Of a stretch of 64,000 bases of DNA, positions 1 through 9,412 are shown piece after piece. The translations under genes were made by a program, and so were the position numbers. The notes under the pieces were generated by a model, which saw nothing but the letters and a program-made list of their open reading frames with translations, made no database searches and had not been told where the DNA came from. How positions within the stretch are numbered: the stretch's first letter is position 1; each line of letters begins with the position of its first letter. The DNA comes from Candidatus Omnitrophota bacterium (GTDB lineage: Bacteria > Omnitrophota > Gorgyraeia > JAFGGP01): contig JAFGGP010000030.1 in assembly GCA_016930485.1 (NCBI GenBank), positions 66,745 to 130,744 on the forward strand, written 5' to 3'.

Positions 1-8
1 GGGGGCCA

Positions 9-1589
9 TTACCTGCTATATCGCCCCTGTGCTATCTCAGTAAGTTCGAGGGCATTCGTCCCATCGTCGGGATATCCCGCCCCCCCTACACTGAATGATA
101 ACTTGATGCCTTCGGTTCCTGTCTTTAAGGTATACAGATAGAGTGCGGCTACAAGGCGTTTACGTATTGCCTCGACCGCATCCTTCGGGGCAGAAACGAC
201 GATGCCGAAACAGAAGTTATCCAGCTCAACCAGAATATCCGAAGGCATTCGGATAATCTCGCTTAACATATCCTCCAGTTCACGCCGCGCCCGTTTCCGG
301 GTTTCGTCATCAAGTTTCTGTTGAATGATGTTAAGATCGTCACACCGGATTAAAATACAGAAGACCGGCCTTTCCGGATGGCTATGAATCGCGTCATTAA
401 GCTGATCTTTCAGGTAGAGAAAACCGGTAAAAAGCGGGACGGTAAAATAAAATGTCGTACCCCTGCCGAGTTCGCTCTCGGCCCAAATGTCGCCGCCGTG
501 CAGCTCTACAATTTCCTTGGCGATAGAAAGACCGAGCCCCGTCCCCTGCGCCCCCGGTCCTGCCACCCTCTTAAACTGCTCGAATTTGTTGAAGAGCTTC
601 GGGAGGTGGTCTCTGGCAATGCCCGGCCCATCGTCCTTCACCCACACCTGGAGACATTCATCACTACCCCTGATAACCTGTTCGGCCCCAAGTCGTACCG
701 TACCGCCTTCATCAATATATTTGATGGCATTCCCGACTAAATTGGTAAGAACCTGTATCAACCGCTCTGCATCGCCGTAAATAGCCGGCAGAGATCCCCG
801 GAGTTCATTGCATAGCTCGATACTTCTGGCATCCGCAAGGGTCTTCAACGACGATAAAACCGCTATAACAACGGCGCCGAGACTCTCCTTCTTCTTCTCC
901 AAAACAATCTTCCCCGCTTCTAGCTTGGACATATCCAAAAGATCGTTTATCAATCTGGTCAGGCGCTTGATATCCTGATCTATGATCTTTAAAAACTCCT
1001 CTTGATCGGCATTAATGGCACCCATCCTCTTTTCCAGTAAGAGCTCCACCGCCTGTGTAATGCTCGTCAGTGGCGTCCGAAATTCGTGCGAGACATTGGA
1101 TACAAACTCCGATTTGAGTTCGTCCAGCTTCTTAAGTTCCTTATTGGCTGCCTCGAGTTCCGTGTTTTTTATGGCAAGCTCCCGCTCGAGCCGCTCTTTT
1201 TCTTTTTTGCGCTGAAACTCCTCCAGCACCCGTTGAATGATAAACGGCACCGTCATCGCATACCCTTCCTGTTTCACAATATAATCATAGGCGCCCTCTT
1301 TCATGGCCTTAACGGCTATTTGTTCGTCCCCCTGTCCGGTCACCATAATGACCGGGGTCTCTATGCCTTTTGACTGAATGTGTCCGAGGATCGCTAATCC
1401 GTTCTTGCCGGGGAGGTTATAATCTAAAAGTGCGATGTCAAACCGTTCGGTATCAAGCATCCGGACCGCATCCTCTGCAGAGTGCGCCTTGGTAAGCTGA
1501 TAGGAAAACATATCGGAGTGTTTTTGAAGGATTCTTTCGAGAATCAGACAATCGGTCGGATTGTCATCGACTAACAGTATACGCATCAT
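9..1589 (-). CDS. Hybrid response regulator / histidine kinase with degenerate GGDEF-like C-terminal domain
   Basis: ORF 9..1700. Start set at MMRILLVDD (ATG 1587-1589), just after the TAG of the upstream kinase at 1591-1593. REC domain (ALLDYNLPG), H-box VSHEFRTPLTSI, HATPase boxes GNAIKY, DDGPGI, GTGLGLSI. The last ~130 aa follow the GGDEF-fold pattern (SFSVGGAGYPDDG), but the GG[DE]EF position reads ELDNFCF. Confidence 0.85.
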   Translation of the reverse strand: MMRILLVDDNPTDCLILERILQKHSDMFSYQLTKAHSAEDAVRMLDTERFDIALLDYNLPGKNGLAILGHIQSKGIETPVIMVTGQGDEQIAVKAMKEGAYDYIVKQEGYAMTVPFIIQRVLEEFQRKKEKERLERELAIKNTELEAANKELKKLDELKSEFVSNVSHEFRTPLTSITQAVELLLEKRMGAINADQEEFLKIIDQDIKRLTRLINDLLDMSKLEAGKIVLEKKKESLGAVVIAVLSSLKTLADARSIELCNELRGSLPAIYGDAERLIQVLTNLVGNAIKYIDEGGTVRLGAEQVIRGSDECLQVWVKDDGPGIARDHLPKLFNKFEQFKRVAGPGAQGTGLGLSIAKEIVELHGGDIWAESELGRGTTFYFTVPLFTGFLYLKDQLNDAIHSHPERPVFCILIRCDDLNIIQQKLDDETRKRARRELEDMLSEIIRMPSDILVELDNFCFGIVVSAPKDAVEAIRKRLVAALYLYTLKTGTEGIKLSFSVGGAGYPDDGTNALELTEIAQGRYSR

Positions 1590-1590
1590 A

Positions 1591-4260
1591 CTATGATACC
1601 TCGCCTGATTCCTTGAGCGATTTGGGTAAGGTAAAATAAAATACAGAACCCTCCCCCAACCTCGATTCCACCCAGATGCGCCCGCCGTGCGATTCAACAA
1701 TCTTCTTTACAATCGTCAGTCCTGCGCCCGTTCCTTCGTACTTTTCCCGGCCGTGCAATCGCTGAAAGATCTGGAAGACCTTCTCCTTCGCATCCTCGGG
1801 TATCCCGATGCCGTTATCCTTGACAAAAAATTCGAAAAATCCCTCCTTGTCGGTGCATCCCACCTCCACCGCAGGAGAGGGTTTATCCATAAACTTAACC
1901 GCATTCGATATCAGATTGGTGAAAACCTCGGCAATTCTCACCCGATCACATACCACCTTGGGAAGTCTGCCGACGGTAAGCAAGACCTGCTTTTCGGTAA
2001 TGGCAAACTCCAGTGTTGACTTTACCCCGTCAAGTACCTCGTTGAGATCGGTCGCCTCATACGGATTCTTCCTTCGAGATACGCGCGAGAGGCTCAGAAG
2101 GTCTTCGATGAGGCGCGCCATACTCTTGCCAGAATCGGCTATAGTCTGCAGATATGCCCTGCCCTGTTCATCTATTTTATCGGAATACTCCTCTAAAAGA
2201 AAGCCGCAAAATGCCCGAATGCCCCGAAGCGGTTCCTTCAGGTCGTGCGAAACCACATAGGTAAAATCATCCAATTCCTTGTTGGAGCGCTCAAGGGCCC
2301 TGTTTGCCTCGGCGAGTTCGGCGGTACGCTCGGCAACCTTCTGCTCCAGGCTGCTGTACAGTTCTTTTAGCTCAAAGGCCATGCGGTTAAATTCCTCGGA
2401 CAACTCCTCAATTTCATCCCCTGTTTTGATAGACAGATGATAATCCAGATGGCCCCGCGCAAGCTCCCTCGCCCCCTGCATCAACTTTTGTATGGGGCGG
2501 GTGATATTCCTTGCTGTATATATCCCCACCAGAACGCTGATGGCCGCTATGGCGCCGACAATAAAGAATGTCAGAGTATTGACGATGCGCTGCTGCGCAA
2601 TAATCTCCTGCCGCGCCCTATCAACGCTTTCAAACTCTTCGCTTAGTGCCTGCCCGGCAAGACGACTCCATTGCATGCACAATGTTTCAAAATCCAAAAA
2701 GCGCTCGCTCAACTGACGTGGTGAAGCGCCTCCGGTCTTAAGAATAGCCGCGTTAACCCTGTCAAGATTTTCTTCTATCAGTGCCATATCCTTTGTATGT
2801 GACGGATCGAGCACAATACGACGATGTTCCCCAAGCTTTGCCTTGATCATAAAATATAAATCTGTATAATCACTGTAATAGTTCTTCGCCCCCGTGGCCA
2901 TGAAATGTACGAGTGCAAAACGCATGCGCTGAACCAGACGAGAAATATCCATCAGGCTCTGGATAACCGGGAGGCAGCGCTCATAAAAAATGGCGGTGTC
3001 CAGCTGTTGCGCAGAGGCATTCAAGGCTATGCTGTGCTGCCTTCCAAGAATCGTTTCAACTTCTTTCATAGTGGCGATAATTCCCGAGATCTGCTGATCG
3101 AACGCCTCCTTCTCTGCAAGCACCCCGGCAAATGCCCCATCCAGAGCAAGATGCCGCGCGTAGAGTTCGCCTATGCGCTCTTCCTGAGCCTCGGAAACGA
3201 CGTGCTTCTGATATTCGTCAAAGAGCGATTTAGCCACAACGGCAATATCACGACTGTCGTCGATATACTTCTTATTGTCTGTTAAGAAAAGGGCGCCCAG
3301 TTGAGGCAATAGTTGGTTATGTGTCACGCCGATCGCGATAACCGCATCCCCGGCAGGGATGTGCTCTGATAATACCGCTGTAAGTCCCGCTTTTCTGGAA
3401 AGTTCCAGCCGTTTATATGAAAAAATATCCCTCATCCCCTTTATAAAATCTTCGAGGCTCATCAGGAGCCCATCGATTAAAGCGTTCTGAAGAGACATGT
3501 GCTTGTTCAGTCTTTGGGCAATACCGCTTACTGTGCGAAAGTCGTTCGAAAGAAGTTTGTGCTGTTCTGACATATCATCCTGAAAACCGGACACGCACTG
3601 ATCGATCAATCCCTGCACACTTACGTCGAGATCGACAAGCAGCTGGATATAGTGTTCATCGCCCGTCATCACTAATAGACGCTCGTAAGCGCTATATTTC
3701 ATAAGGAGGCTTTTTATCTCGGTAAGTATCGATATCGCAGGGAGGTAGTCTGACTGGATAAGGAAAATATCCTTGCTGTCTCCAAACGCTTTTTCTTTTG
3801 CCGTGATCAGAAGATCCAGCCGCTTCTGCAGGGTCTCGAATATCTCTTCTGATTTTTTGATATACTGCCGCATCTCGCTGCGTATAACAAAAAGCCTCTC
3901 TATTGTATCGGTAATCTCGTCATAGTCATTGAGATTGACGTTGAGTATCTTGCCTGCGACATCCGGCCCTACATACGTTGTCAGTGCGTTAAGATCTGCT
4001 TCTGTTTTTTCAGAAAGAGAGACGTATTGTTTTTTTGCGTCCGCATCACCAGTAACGGCGTGCGTAAAGGCGGCGTTTATCATATCGGTGAACTCTATCT
4101 GAGCCTCTCCGATCAACCGCAGCGCCGGAACATCCCGCGTTAAAACCTCTTCCAGACTTTTGTAGGTCAATCGCAAAGAGTAGATAGAAAGGGCCCCTAA
4201 AAAAATGGAGAGCAGGAAGGTGGTTACTAAACCAAGTCCGATTTTTCTTGAAATCTTCAT
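1591..4260 (-). CDS. Membrane sensor histidine kinase (large N-terminal sensor region, HAMP, HisKA, HATPase)
   Basis: 889-aa ORF. N-terminal TM helix. A second TM is followed by a HAMP-like segment (RPIQKLMQGARELARGHLDYHL). H-box VSHDLKEPLRGI; G-boxes DNGIGI and GTGAGLTI. Confidence 0.85.
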   Translation of the reverse strand: MKISRKIGLGLVTTFLLSIFLGALSIYSLRLTYKSLEEVLTRDVPALRLIGEAQIEFTDMINAAFTHAVTGDADAKKQYVSLSEKTEADLNALTTYVGPDVAGKILNVNLNDYDEITDTIERLFVIRSEMRQYIKKSEEIFETLQKRLDLLITAKEKAFGDSKDIFLIQSDYLPAISILTEIKSLLMKYSAYERLLVMTGDEHYIQLLVDLDVSVQGLIDQCVSGFQDDMSEQHKLLSNDFRTVSGIAQRLNKHMSLQNALIDGLLMSLEDFIKGMRDIFSYKRLELSRKAGLTAVLSEHIPAGDAVIAIGVTHNQLLPQLGALFLTDNKKYIDDSRDIAVVAKSLFDEYQKHVVSEAQEERIGELYARHLALDGAFAGVLAEKEAFDQQISGIIATMKEVETILGRQHSIALNASAQQLDTAIFYERCLPVIQSLMDISRLVQRMRFALVHFMATGAKNYYSDYTDLYFMIKAKLGEHRRIVLDPSHTKDMALIEENLDRVNAAILKTGGASPRQLSERFLDFETLCMQWSRLAGQALSEEFESVDRARQEIIAQQRIVNTLTFFIVGAIAAISVLVGIYTARNITRPIQKLMQGARELARGHLDYHLSIKTGDEIEELSEEFNRMAFELKELYSSLEQKVAERTAELAEANRALERSNKELDDFTYVVSHDLKEPLRGIRAFCGFLLEEYSDKIDEQGRAYLQTIADSGKSMARLIEDLLSLSRVSRRKNPYEATDLNEVLDGVKSTLEFAITEKQVLLTVGRLPKVVCDRVRIAEVFTNLISNAVKFMDKPSPAVEVGCTDKEGFFEFFVKDNGIGIPEDAKEKVFQIFQRLHGREKYEGTGAGLTIVKKIVESHGGRIWVESRLGEGSVFYFTLPKSLKESGEVS

Positions 4261-4400
4261 GAGCGCGTTAGTTATGGGGCACAGTGATATAAGTCACTGC
4301 GCGAATGAATCCTGTAATGCACTGAGATCCCGCATCAAGTGCGGGATAAATTCAGACTGCAGCTTAGGTTCGCTTCACTCCCTAAGTTGCGTCTTCATTT

Positions 4401-4437
4401 AAAATAAAAAAGGAGGTATGCAACTACCTCCTTTTTG
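4401..4437 (-). terminator. Rho-independent terminator after the outer-membrane protein gene
   Basis: Stem aggaggta / tacctcct with a 6-nt loop. The plus-strand A-run gives a U-run on the minus strand. Confidence 0.75.
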
Positions 4438-4469
4438 CTACATCTTCTTGCTGGCGGCTCTGCGAGGCA

Positions 4470-5354
4470 TTAAAACCTGACAACCCCTCCTGCCGTTATG
4501 GCAAACTCGTCGATAAACCTGGTCTCTAAATTGAATGCGTAGGCAGCCGCATCTTCAGGAAGTACATCGCACCCCGCAACAAAACCTACTTTATTTTTAT
4601 TGCCTGCATGATAGAGATCGTAAACGGCGCTGTTATTCACAAAATGGAGATTGATATCTGTGTCAGACCATGTCAACCCTGCATACGGAATAAACCGATA
4701 GCCCAGCCCCCCCACATACCGATCAAGTTCCTTGCTGACTAAAAGCGACCGCTGCCATTCCCTGACCTTAAACTCGGTCTCGGTTCCGGTTTCGCCGGTG
4801 CCGCTGATTTGGATGCTGTCCAGATCGGGTTCTGTCTCGCGGTACTGGAAATCCGCATATAACTTCATCCCGTAGTCCTTGAACTTCCACAGTTCAAGTT
4901 TGCTGCCCACCCCCCACGCAAACGAAGAATCGCTGTCGACCTCAACCGGGGTGCCGCTATTATTCCATTTATAGTTCAGGTTTGCCACACCAAAGGTCAG
5001 GTAGGGTTCGATTCTTTCGTTCACCGCATAGGAAACCTTGGCCATATACCATTGGCCGTCATCAAGCTTTGCATCGGTCACCTCGGTCGATGTGGAAAAC
5101 TCCTTGTCCAAGACAAACTCGAGATCGAGCGCCCCCTTGAACCGGCCGACATAGCCCCCGGTCTCTTCCAGAGCCAGGGCCAGCGCTATAGAACGGCTCC
5201 GCGATATCAAGCTGTTTCGCGGCGTAGTAATCTCAAGTGAGTTTCCGACAGGAGCTGCATAACTTTCACTTAATTCAGCAGTTATAGCTATTGCTATACA
5301 AAGGGCAATAATCAAACATAATAATTGTCGGCATAGAGATACTTCTTTTTTCAT
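4470..5354 (-). CDS. Outer-membrane beta-barrel protein (porin-like), function unknown
   Basis: Signal peptide (LCLIIALCIAIAITA), alternating beta-strand pattern, C-terminal aromatic residue (GGVVRF). Own sigma-70 promoter and terminator. Confidence 0.6.
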   Translation of the reverse strand: MKKEVSLCRQLLCLIIALCIAIAITAELSESYAAPVGNSLEITTPRNSLISRSRSIALALALEETGGYVGRFKGALDLEFVLDKEFSTSTEVTDAKLDDGQWYMAKVSYAVNERIEPYLTFGVANLNYKWNNSGTPVEVDSDSSFAWGVGSKLELWKFKDYGMKLYADFQYRETEPDLDSIQISGTGETGTETEFKVREWQRSLLVSKELDRYVGGLGYRFIPYAGLTWSDTDINLHFVNNSAVYDLYHAGNKNKVGFVAGCDVLPEDAAAYAFNLETRFIDEFAITAGGVVRF

Positions 5355-5404
5355 ATATCACCTCTTGTTTTCTTTGAATATCATTTGATGCAACTTTTGC
5401 AAAA

Positions 5405-5433
5405 TTTATAACATATCTTATCACCTTTGTCAA
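5405..5433 (-). promoter_or_regulatory. Sigma-70-type promoter of the outer-membrane protein gene
   Basis: Minus strand TTGACA-17 nt-TATAAA, ~50 nt upstream of the ATG. Confidence 0.6.
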
Positions 5434-5521
5434 CGAAAATATAGACATACTGCCATTTTTTAGGCTGTTATAATAAGACAAGTAGGTTTCTCAGGGGCGG
5501 GTATGTTAAAATACACTGGTT

Positions 5522-5887
5522 ATGAAAGAGAGGGGTTTCCTTACCATAAGAGGCCATAATGAGGCAGGGGTTATCGCGGTCTTATCGGCCGATACCCCGT
5601 GGGAGCGAATACGGGGGTTAATCAGAAAAACCCTGAAACCGGACAGGGCCCTTTTCATTCATGGATGCTGGGCCATTCATACCTTTTTTATGCAGGTGCC
5701 TATCGACGTCCTTTTTGTCGACCGGGAGTTTCGTGTCCTTAGGGGCATCATCGGACTGAGGCCGTATCGTCTCGCTGCGTGCAGAGGGGCAGAAGGAGTG
5801 CTTGAGTTTCAGGGCGGACGGCTTGCGGATGCGGGCATTAGTCCTGGTACCGTGTTAGAGTTCAGAGAAAAGACAGAAATGCCTTAG
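5522..5887 (+). CDS. DUF192-family protein
   Basis: 121 aa. The pattern IHGCWAIHTFFMQVPIDVLFVD ... VLEF is typical of the DUF192/COG1430 family. Confidence 0.65.
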   Translation: MKERGFLTIRGHNEAGVIAVLSADTPWERIRGLIRKTLKPDRALFIHGCWAIHTFFMQVPIDVLFVDREFRVLRGIIGLRPYRLAACRGAEGVLEFQGGRLADAGISPGTVLEFREKTEMP

Positions 5888-5976
5888 AAGAATAACGGAG
5901 GATCTTTGAGTGTGCTGCTTTTTGTCCCGCACGAATAATGCCGGTGAATAATGGAGTCAGTACATATGAAAGGAGA

Positions 5977-8064
5977 CTACAGCGAGTTATCTGATGAATA
6001 GTAGACTTCGTCGGATAAAGATCTTGCAGAACGCCTCATGCCTCCCCACTCCTCTTCTGGCTCTTGTTCAAGCTCCTCCACCTCTGCCCGCTCATATAGA
6101 GAGGGGCCGATTTCTTGGATAAAACGGGAAGGCTGCACAATCTTTCCCAGGGTATCGCGATAGTCGTGTTCGATGACCGGATAACTCAGATACAGCTCCC
6201 GTTTGGCGCGCGTAGTCGCTACATAAAAAATCCGGCGTTCCTCCTCCTCGCCGTACTCTTGTCTCAGGGCCATAGGCGCTGGAAATGAACCCTCCCCCAT
6301 TCTTATAAGAAACACCGATTCCCACTCAAGACCCTTTGCCTGGTGGACGGTGCTCAGGATAATCTTCTCCTTATCTGGTTCCGCCCCCATAACTACATCT
6401 TGGCCGTAGAGTTCGCCTAAAAGCACCAGCTCGGAAAGCAGATCCTTGATGCCCGAATACTGTTTGGCAAAAATGGCAAGCTGATTGATGTCTTCGATCC
6501 GGGAGGTATAGTTGTCATACCGGGCCTTCAGGTAATTCATGTATCCTGTCTCCAAGATCGAGGCTATCAACAGTGAGGGATGTTCCCCTTTATGCAATAG
6601 TTCATGAATGAAGCGGAAATCATTTCGGAATCGTTTCCAGAAGCCCATCGCCGAATGTGAAATATCTTTATCGAGCGCCTCGCTCCCAAAAAATGTCTGC
6701 AGGGGATCCGTAGCCCCGGCTATTTTCCGCCACAGTTTATCCGCGGTCATATTTCCTATACGAGGAATCATTAAAAAAAGCCTTCTCCACGCCGCTTCAT
6801 CAAATGGATTTTCCAGAACCTTGAGATGGGCCAAGACATCCTTAATATGGGCCTGTTCAAAAAAGCGCAGCCCGCTCCTGATCTCGTAGGGGATATTGGC
6901 CTTTATCAGTTCTGCCTGTAAGACCATGCTGTGGGCATGCGCCCTGTAGAGAACGGCAATCTCCTCGAGCGGCACCCCTTCTTCCCTGAGTTCCAGAATT
7001 CTCTCACAGGTAAAAGCGGCCTCCTGATAAATATCCTTTACCGGAACCAGACACGGCAATACCCCGTCTTCATTGACCGCCTGAAGATGCTTTTCGTACT
7101 GCCTGGTGTTGTGACTGATGCTTTCGTTGGTAAAATGCAATATCTGCGGTGTGGAGCGGTAATTGATCTCGAGCTTGAATATCTCGGTGCCGGGATTACG
7201 CTCGGGAAACTTCAGGATATTGTCGTAGTTCGCCCCACGAAAGGCATAAATACTCTGGGAATCATCACCGACTACCATAAGATTATGGCCGTTGCGCGAG
7301 GCAAGGAGTTCAACAATATCGGCTTGGATCCTGTTTGTATCCTGATATTCGTCGACGAGGATATACCGAAAAAGAGAGCCATACTTCTCAAGGACATCTT
7401 TATATTCCGAACACAAGACCATGCAGTATCTCAGGAGATCGTCATAGTCCATGCAGTTTGCCTGTTTTTTTCTCCGCTGATATCGCCTTTCTACCTTTTT
7501 AATCTCTTCGGTCCATTGGACAAAGTGAGGATATATATCCTGCATAACACGATCGATCGTCAGCTGGGTATTAAAAGAAAAACTGATGATATTTTTAAGA
7601 ACCGCCGCTGAAGGAAAACGTTCTTTTTCGGTCTTTACGTGGATATCTGTTACGCACAGTTTGATTAAATCCTTCTGATCCTCTTCATCGAGGATCGAGT
7701 AATTTTCCGAATACCCCACTATCCGGGCATTCTGTCTGAGAATCCTGTTCGCTATCGAATGAAATGTCCCGCCCCACACCTTGGAACTGCCCGCGCCGAT
7801 GAGTTGATCGACGCGTCTGAGCATCTCACGGGCCGCCTTATTTGTAAAGGTGGCCAGCATAATATTCTGAGGCAGCAGGCCCTGGAGAATAAGATAGGCG
7901 ACCCGATAGGTTATTGTCCGTGTTTTGCCGCTTCCCGCACCGGCAATCACCAGTTTCGGTCCTTCACCGGCGCAAACAGCCGCTCTCTGTTGTTCATTTA
8001 ATGCATGCTCAAGGTCAAGATGGAATTGCCGTACCGTCTTTGCATGTATTTTAAACTGTCTCAT
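5977..8064 (-). CDS. UvrD/PcrA/Rep-family ATP-dependent DNA helicase
   Basis: Walker A AGAGSGKT, motif II VDEYQDTN, TVHQAKGLEW, YVATTRAK. ATG at 8062-8064. Confidence 0.9.
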   Translation of the reverse strand: MRQFKIHAKTVRQFHLDLEHALNEQQRAAVCAGEGPKLVIAGAGSGKTRTITYRVAYLILQGLLPQNIMLATFTNKAAREMLRRVDQLIGAGSSKVWGGTFHSIANRILRQNARIVGYSENYSILDEEDQKDLIKLCVTDIHVKTEKERFPSAAVLKNIISFSFNTQLTIDRVMQDIYPHFVQWTEEIKKVERRYQRRKKQANCMDYDDLLRYCMVLCSEYKDVLEKYGSLFRYILVDEYQDTNRIQADIVELLASRNGHNLMVVGDDSQSIYAFRGANYDNILKFPERNPGTEIFKLEINYRSTPQILHFTNESISHNTRQYEKHLQAVNEDGVLPCLVPVKDIYQEAAFTCERILELREEGVPLEEIAVLYRAHAHSMVLQAELIKANIPYEIRSGLRFFEQAHIKDVLAHLKVLENPFDEAAWRRLFLMIPRIGNMTADKLWRKIAGATDPLQTFFGSEALDKDISHSAMGFWKRFRNDFRFIHELLHKGEHPSLLIASILETGYMNYLKARYDNYTSRIEDINQLAIFAKQYSGIKDLLSELVLLGELYGQDVVMGAEPDKEKIILSTVHQAKGLEWESVFLIRMGEGSFPAPMALRQEYGEEEERRIFYVATTRAKRELYLSYPVIEHDYRDTLGKIVQPSRFIQEIGPSLYERAEVEELEQEPEEEWGGMRRSARSLSDEVYYSSDNSL

Positions 8065-8494
8065 CCTGATGAGCCTCCCCTTCTATCCCCCGTGCACGCG
8101 CAATCAAGGTGTTTACTAAATGAGCAAGGCGGTCCAGATCATCGCTCTCCCTGAAACGAACGGTGACATTCTGATCGCCATCAACAAACTTTGTTAATTC
8201 ATTCTCGAGGCGGTGCAAAGGACCGCAGAGGCGGTTCGACACAATCAGCGTCCAGGTAATCAGCCCAGCACTGATGATGACATACCCCAGAAAGAGCACC
8301 AGGAGTATTCCTAAAAGCTGGGGACCCAATGTGGTATAGTCAAAGTCGTGCACCAGAATCCCGTTGGTTATTAAAAGACTTAAAAACAGATAAAAACACG
8401 CCATAAGAAGTGCCGTCGGCAGCAGAATCCCCAGCAATACCAGCTTTAAAAACTGAAACTGCGTCCTTGTTTTTGTAAGACGTCTTTTTCTCAT
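8051..8494 (-). CDS. Two-TM membrane protein with HAMP-like cytoplasmic domain only
   Basis: ORF 8051..8521. Start moved to MRKRRLTK (ATG 8492-8494), which has AGGAGG 7 nt upstream. Two hydrophobic helices, then a HAMP-like segment (NRLCGPLHRLENELTKFVDGD...DDLDRLAHLVNTL). The 3' end overlaps the helicase start by 14 nt. Confidence 0.5.
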   Translation of the reverse strand: MRKRRLTKTRTQFQFLKLVLLGILLPTALLMACFYLFLSLLITNGILVHDFDYTTLGPQLLGILLVLFLGYVIISAGLITWTLIVSNRLCGPLHRLENELTKFVDGDQNVTVRFRESDDLDRLAHLVNTLIARARGIEGEAHQDETV

Positions 8495-8521
8495 AACAGT
8501 ACCTCCTGGCAATTGTAGCAT

Positions 8522-8590
8522 ATAGCGACTAGCGGGTAGCGTATAGTAAAAATAAAAAATCTAATCGCTAACCGCTATACGCTGATCGCT
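8522..8590. repeat. Word-array hairpin, TAGCGNN family
   Basis: Left arm tagcgac tagcggg tagcgta tag, A-rich loop, right arm cta atcgcta accgcta tacgctg atcgcta. Five-bp blocks pair and the 2-nt variable positions mostly mismatch. Fills the gap between the folE stop and the next gene start. Confidence 0.8.
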
Positions 8591-8595
8591 AAAAG

Positions 8596-9165
8596 TTATT
8601 TTATGAGTGCCATCGTCTCCATTCTTGTTTTTTCATCCTGCCTGAAGACACCCCGCACAGCACTGGTAACCGTCAGTATGCCCGGTTTTTTTATGCCGCG
8701 CATACTCATGCACAGATGTTCGGCCTCGATAATCACCATAACCCCCTTGGGTCGCAACCGCTCCATCAGGATATCGGCTATCTCGGTAGTAAGCCGTTCC
8801 TGAACCTGGGGCCGTTTTGATAAAATATCAACCACCCTGGCTAACTTACTGAGACCTGTGACCCGATTCTCCTTGGGAATATAGGCAACGTGCGCGGTGC
8901 CGATAAAAGGTACCAGATGATGTTCGCAGACCGAATAAAGCGGGATGCCTTTCAGGAGCACGATCTCATCGTGTTCCTGATCAAAAAAGACCTTAAGGAC
9001 CTTTCGTGGGTCTTTTTTGATCCCGGAAAATATCTCCTCATACATTTCTGCAACCCGTTTCGGCGTATCGGCCAATCCGTCCCTGGTTATATCTTCGCCA
9101 ATTGCTTCTAATATTGTCTTTACCGCTTTTTTGATTTTTGCCTTATTCATGATAACGCCTTTCAT
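8596..9165 (-). CDS. folE: GTP cyclohydrolase I
   Basis: 189 aa. Contains the conserved [12 protein letters not shown] motif. Length is typical of FolE. Confidence 0.9.
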   Translation of the reverse strand: MKGVIMNKAKIKKAVKTILEAIGEDITRDGLADTPKRVAEMYEEIFSGIKKDPRKVLKVFFDQEHDEIVLLKGIPLYSVCEHHLVPFIGTAHVAYIPKENRVTGLSKLARVVDILSKRPQVQERLTTEIADILMERLRPKGVMVIIEAEHLCMSMRGIKKPGILTVTSAVRGVFRQDEKTRMETMALIK

Positions 9166-9412
9166 GAGCAGATAAGTTATGGAATGTCAGTGAACACACA
9201 TTATAGGTCGTCGACCGTCTGCGAATGAAACTCCGCCCTTTTGGATGGTGCTCCTTCTTACATGCTGTAGAACTGTTGCTGATTCTCCCGTTACCCCATT
9301 GCCGTCTTATAGTAGTTCATACGGCACACCTTCCTGCTTTGGCCTTGTAGCGACTAAAAGGACGGGATACATTCGCTCCCGCAGCTTCGTTTTGCGAAGC
9401 TAAACGGGGGCT

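Noticed and set aside
1590-1700. N-terminal extension of the hybrid kinase ORF (563-aa version)
   Set aside because: The extension overlaps the C-terminus of the upstream kinase. A receiver domain normally begins at MxxILLVDD.
6931-7611. Long antisense ORFs opposite strong genes (for example 6931..7611, 10625..11368, 22719..23357, 25141..25812, 39779..40531, 41136..41807)
   Set aside because: Each lies antisense to a gene with clear family motifs (helicase, mnmE/folC, acidic protein, nrdJ, clpB, htpX). Their compositions are low-complexity shadow-frame types (S/P/R-rich).
9166-9412. THF riboswitch assignment for the folE leader
   Set aside because: A short stretch (ACGAAGC...GCGGGAGCGAATG...ATCCCG) loosely resembles part of the THF-I aptamer, but the 5' half of the aptamer is absent and I cannot align the conserved cores. 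I kept it only as an unclassified structured-RNA candidate.
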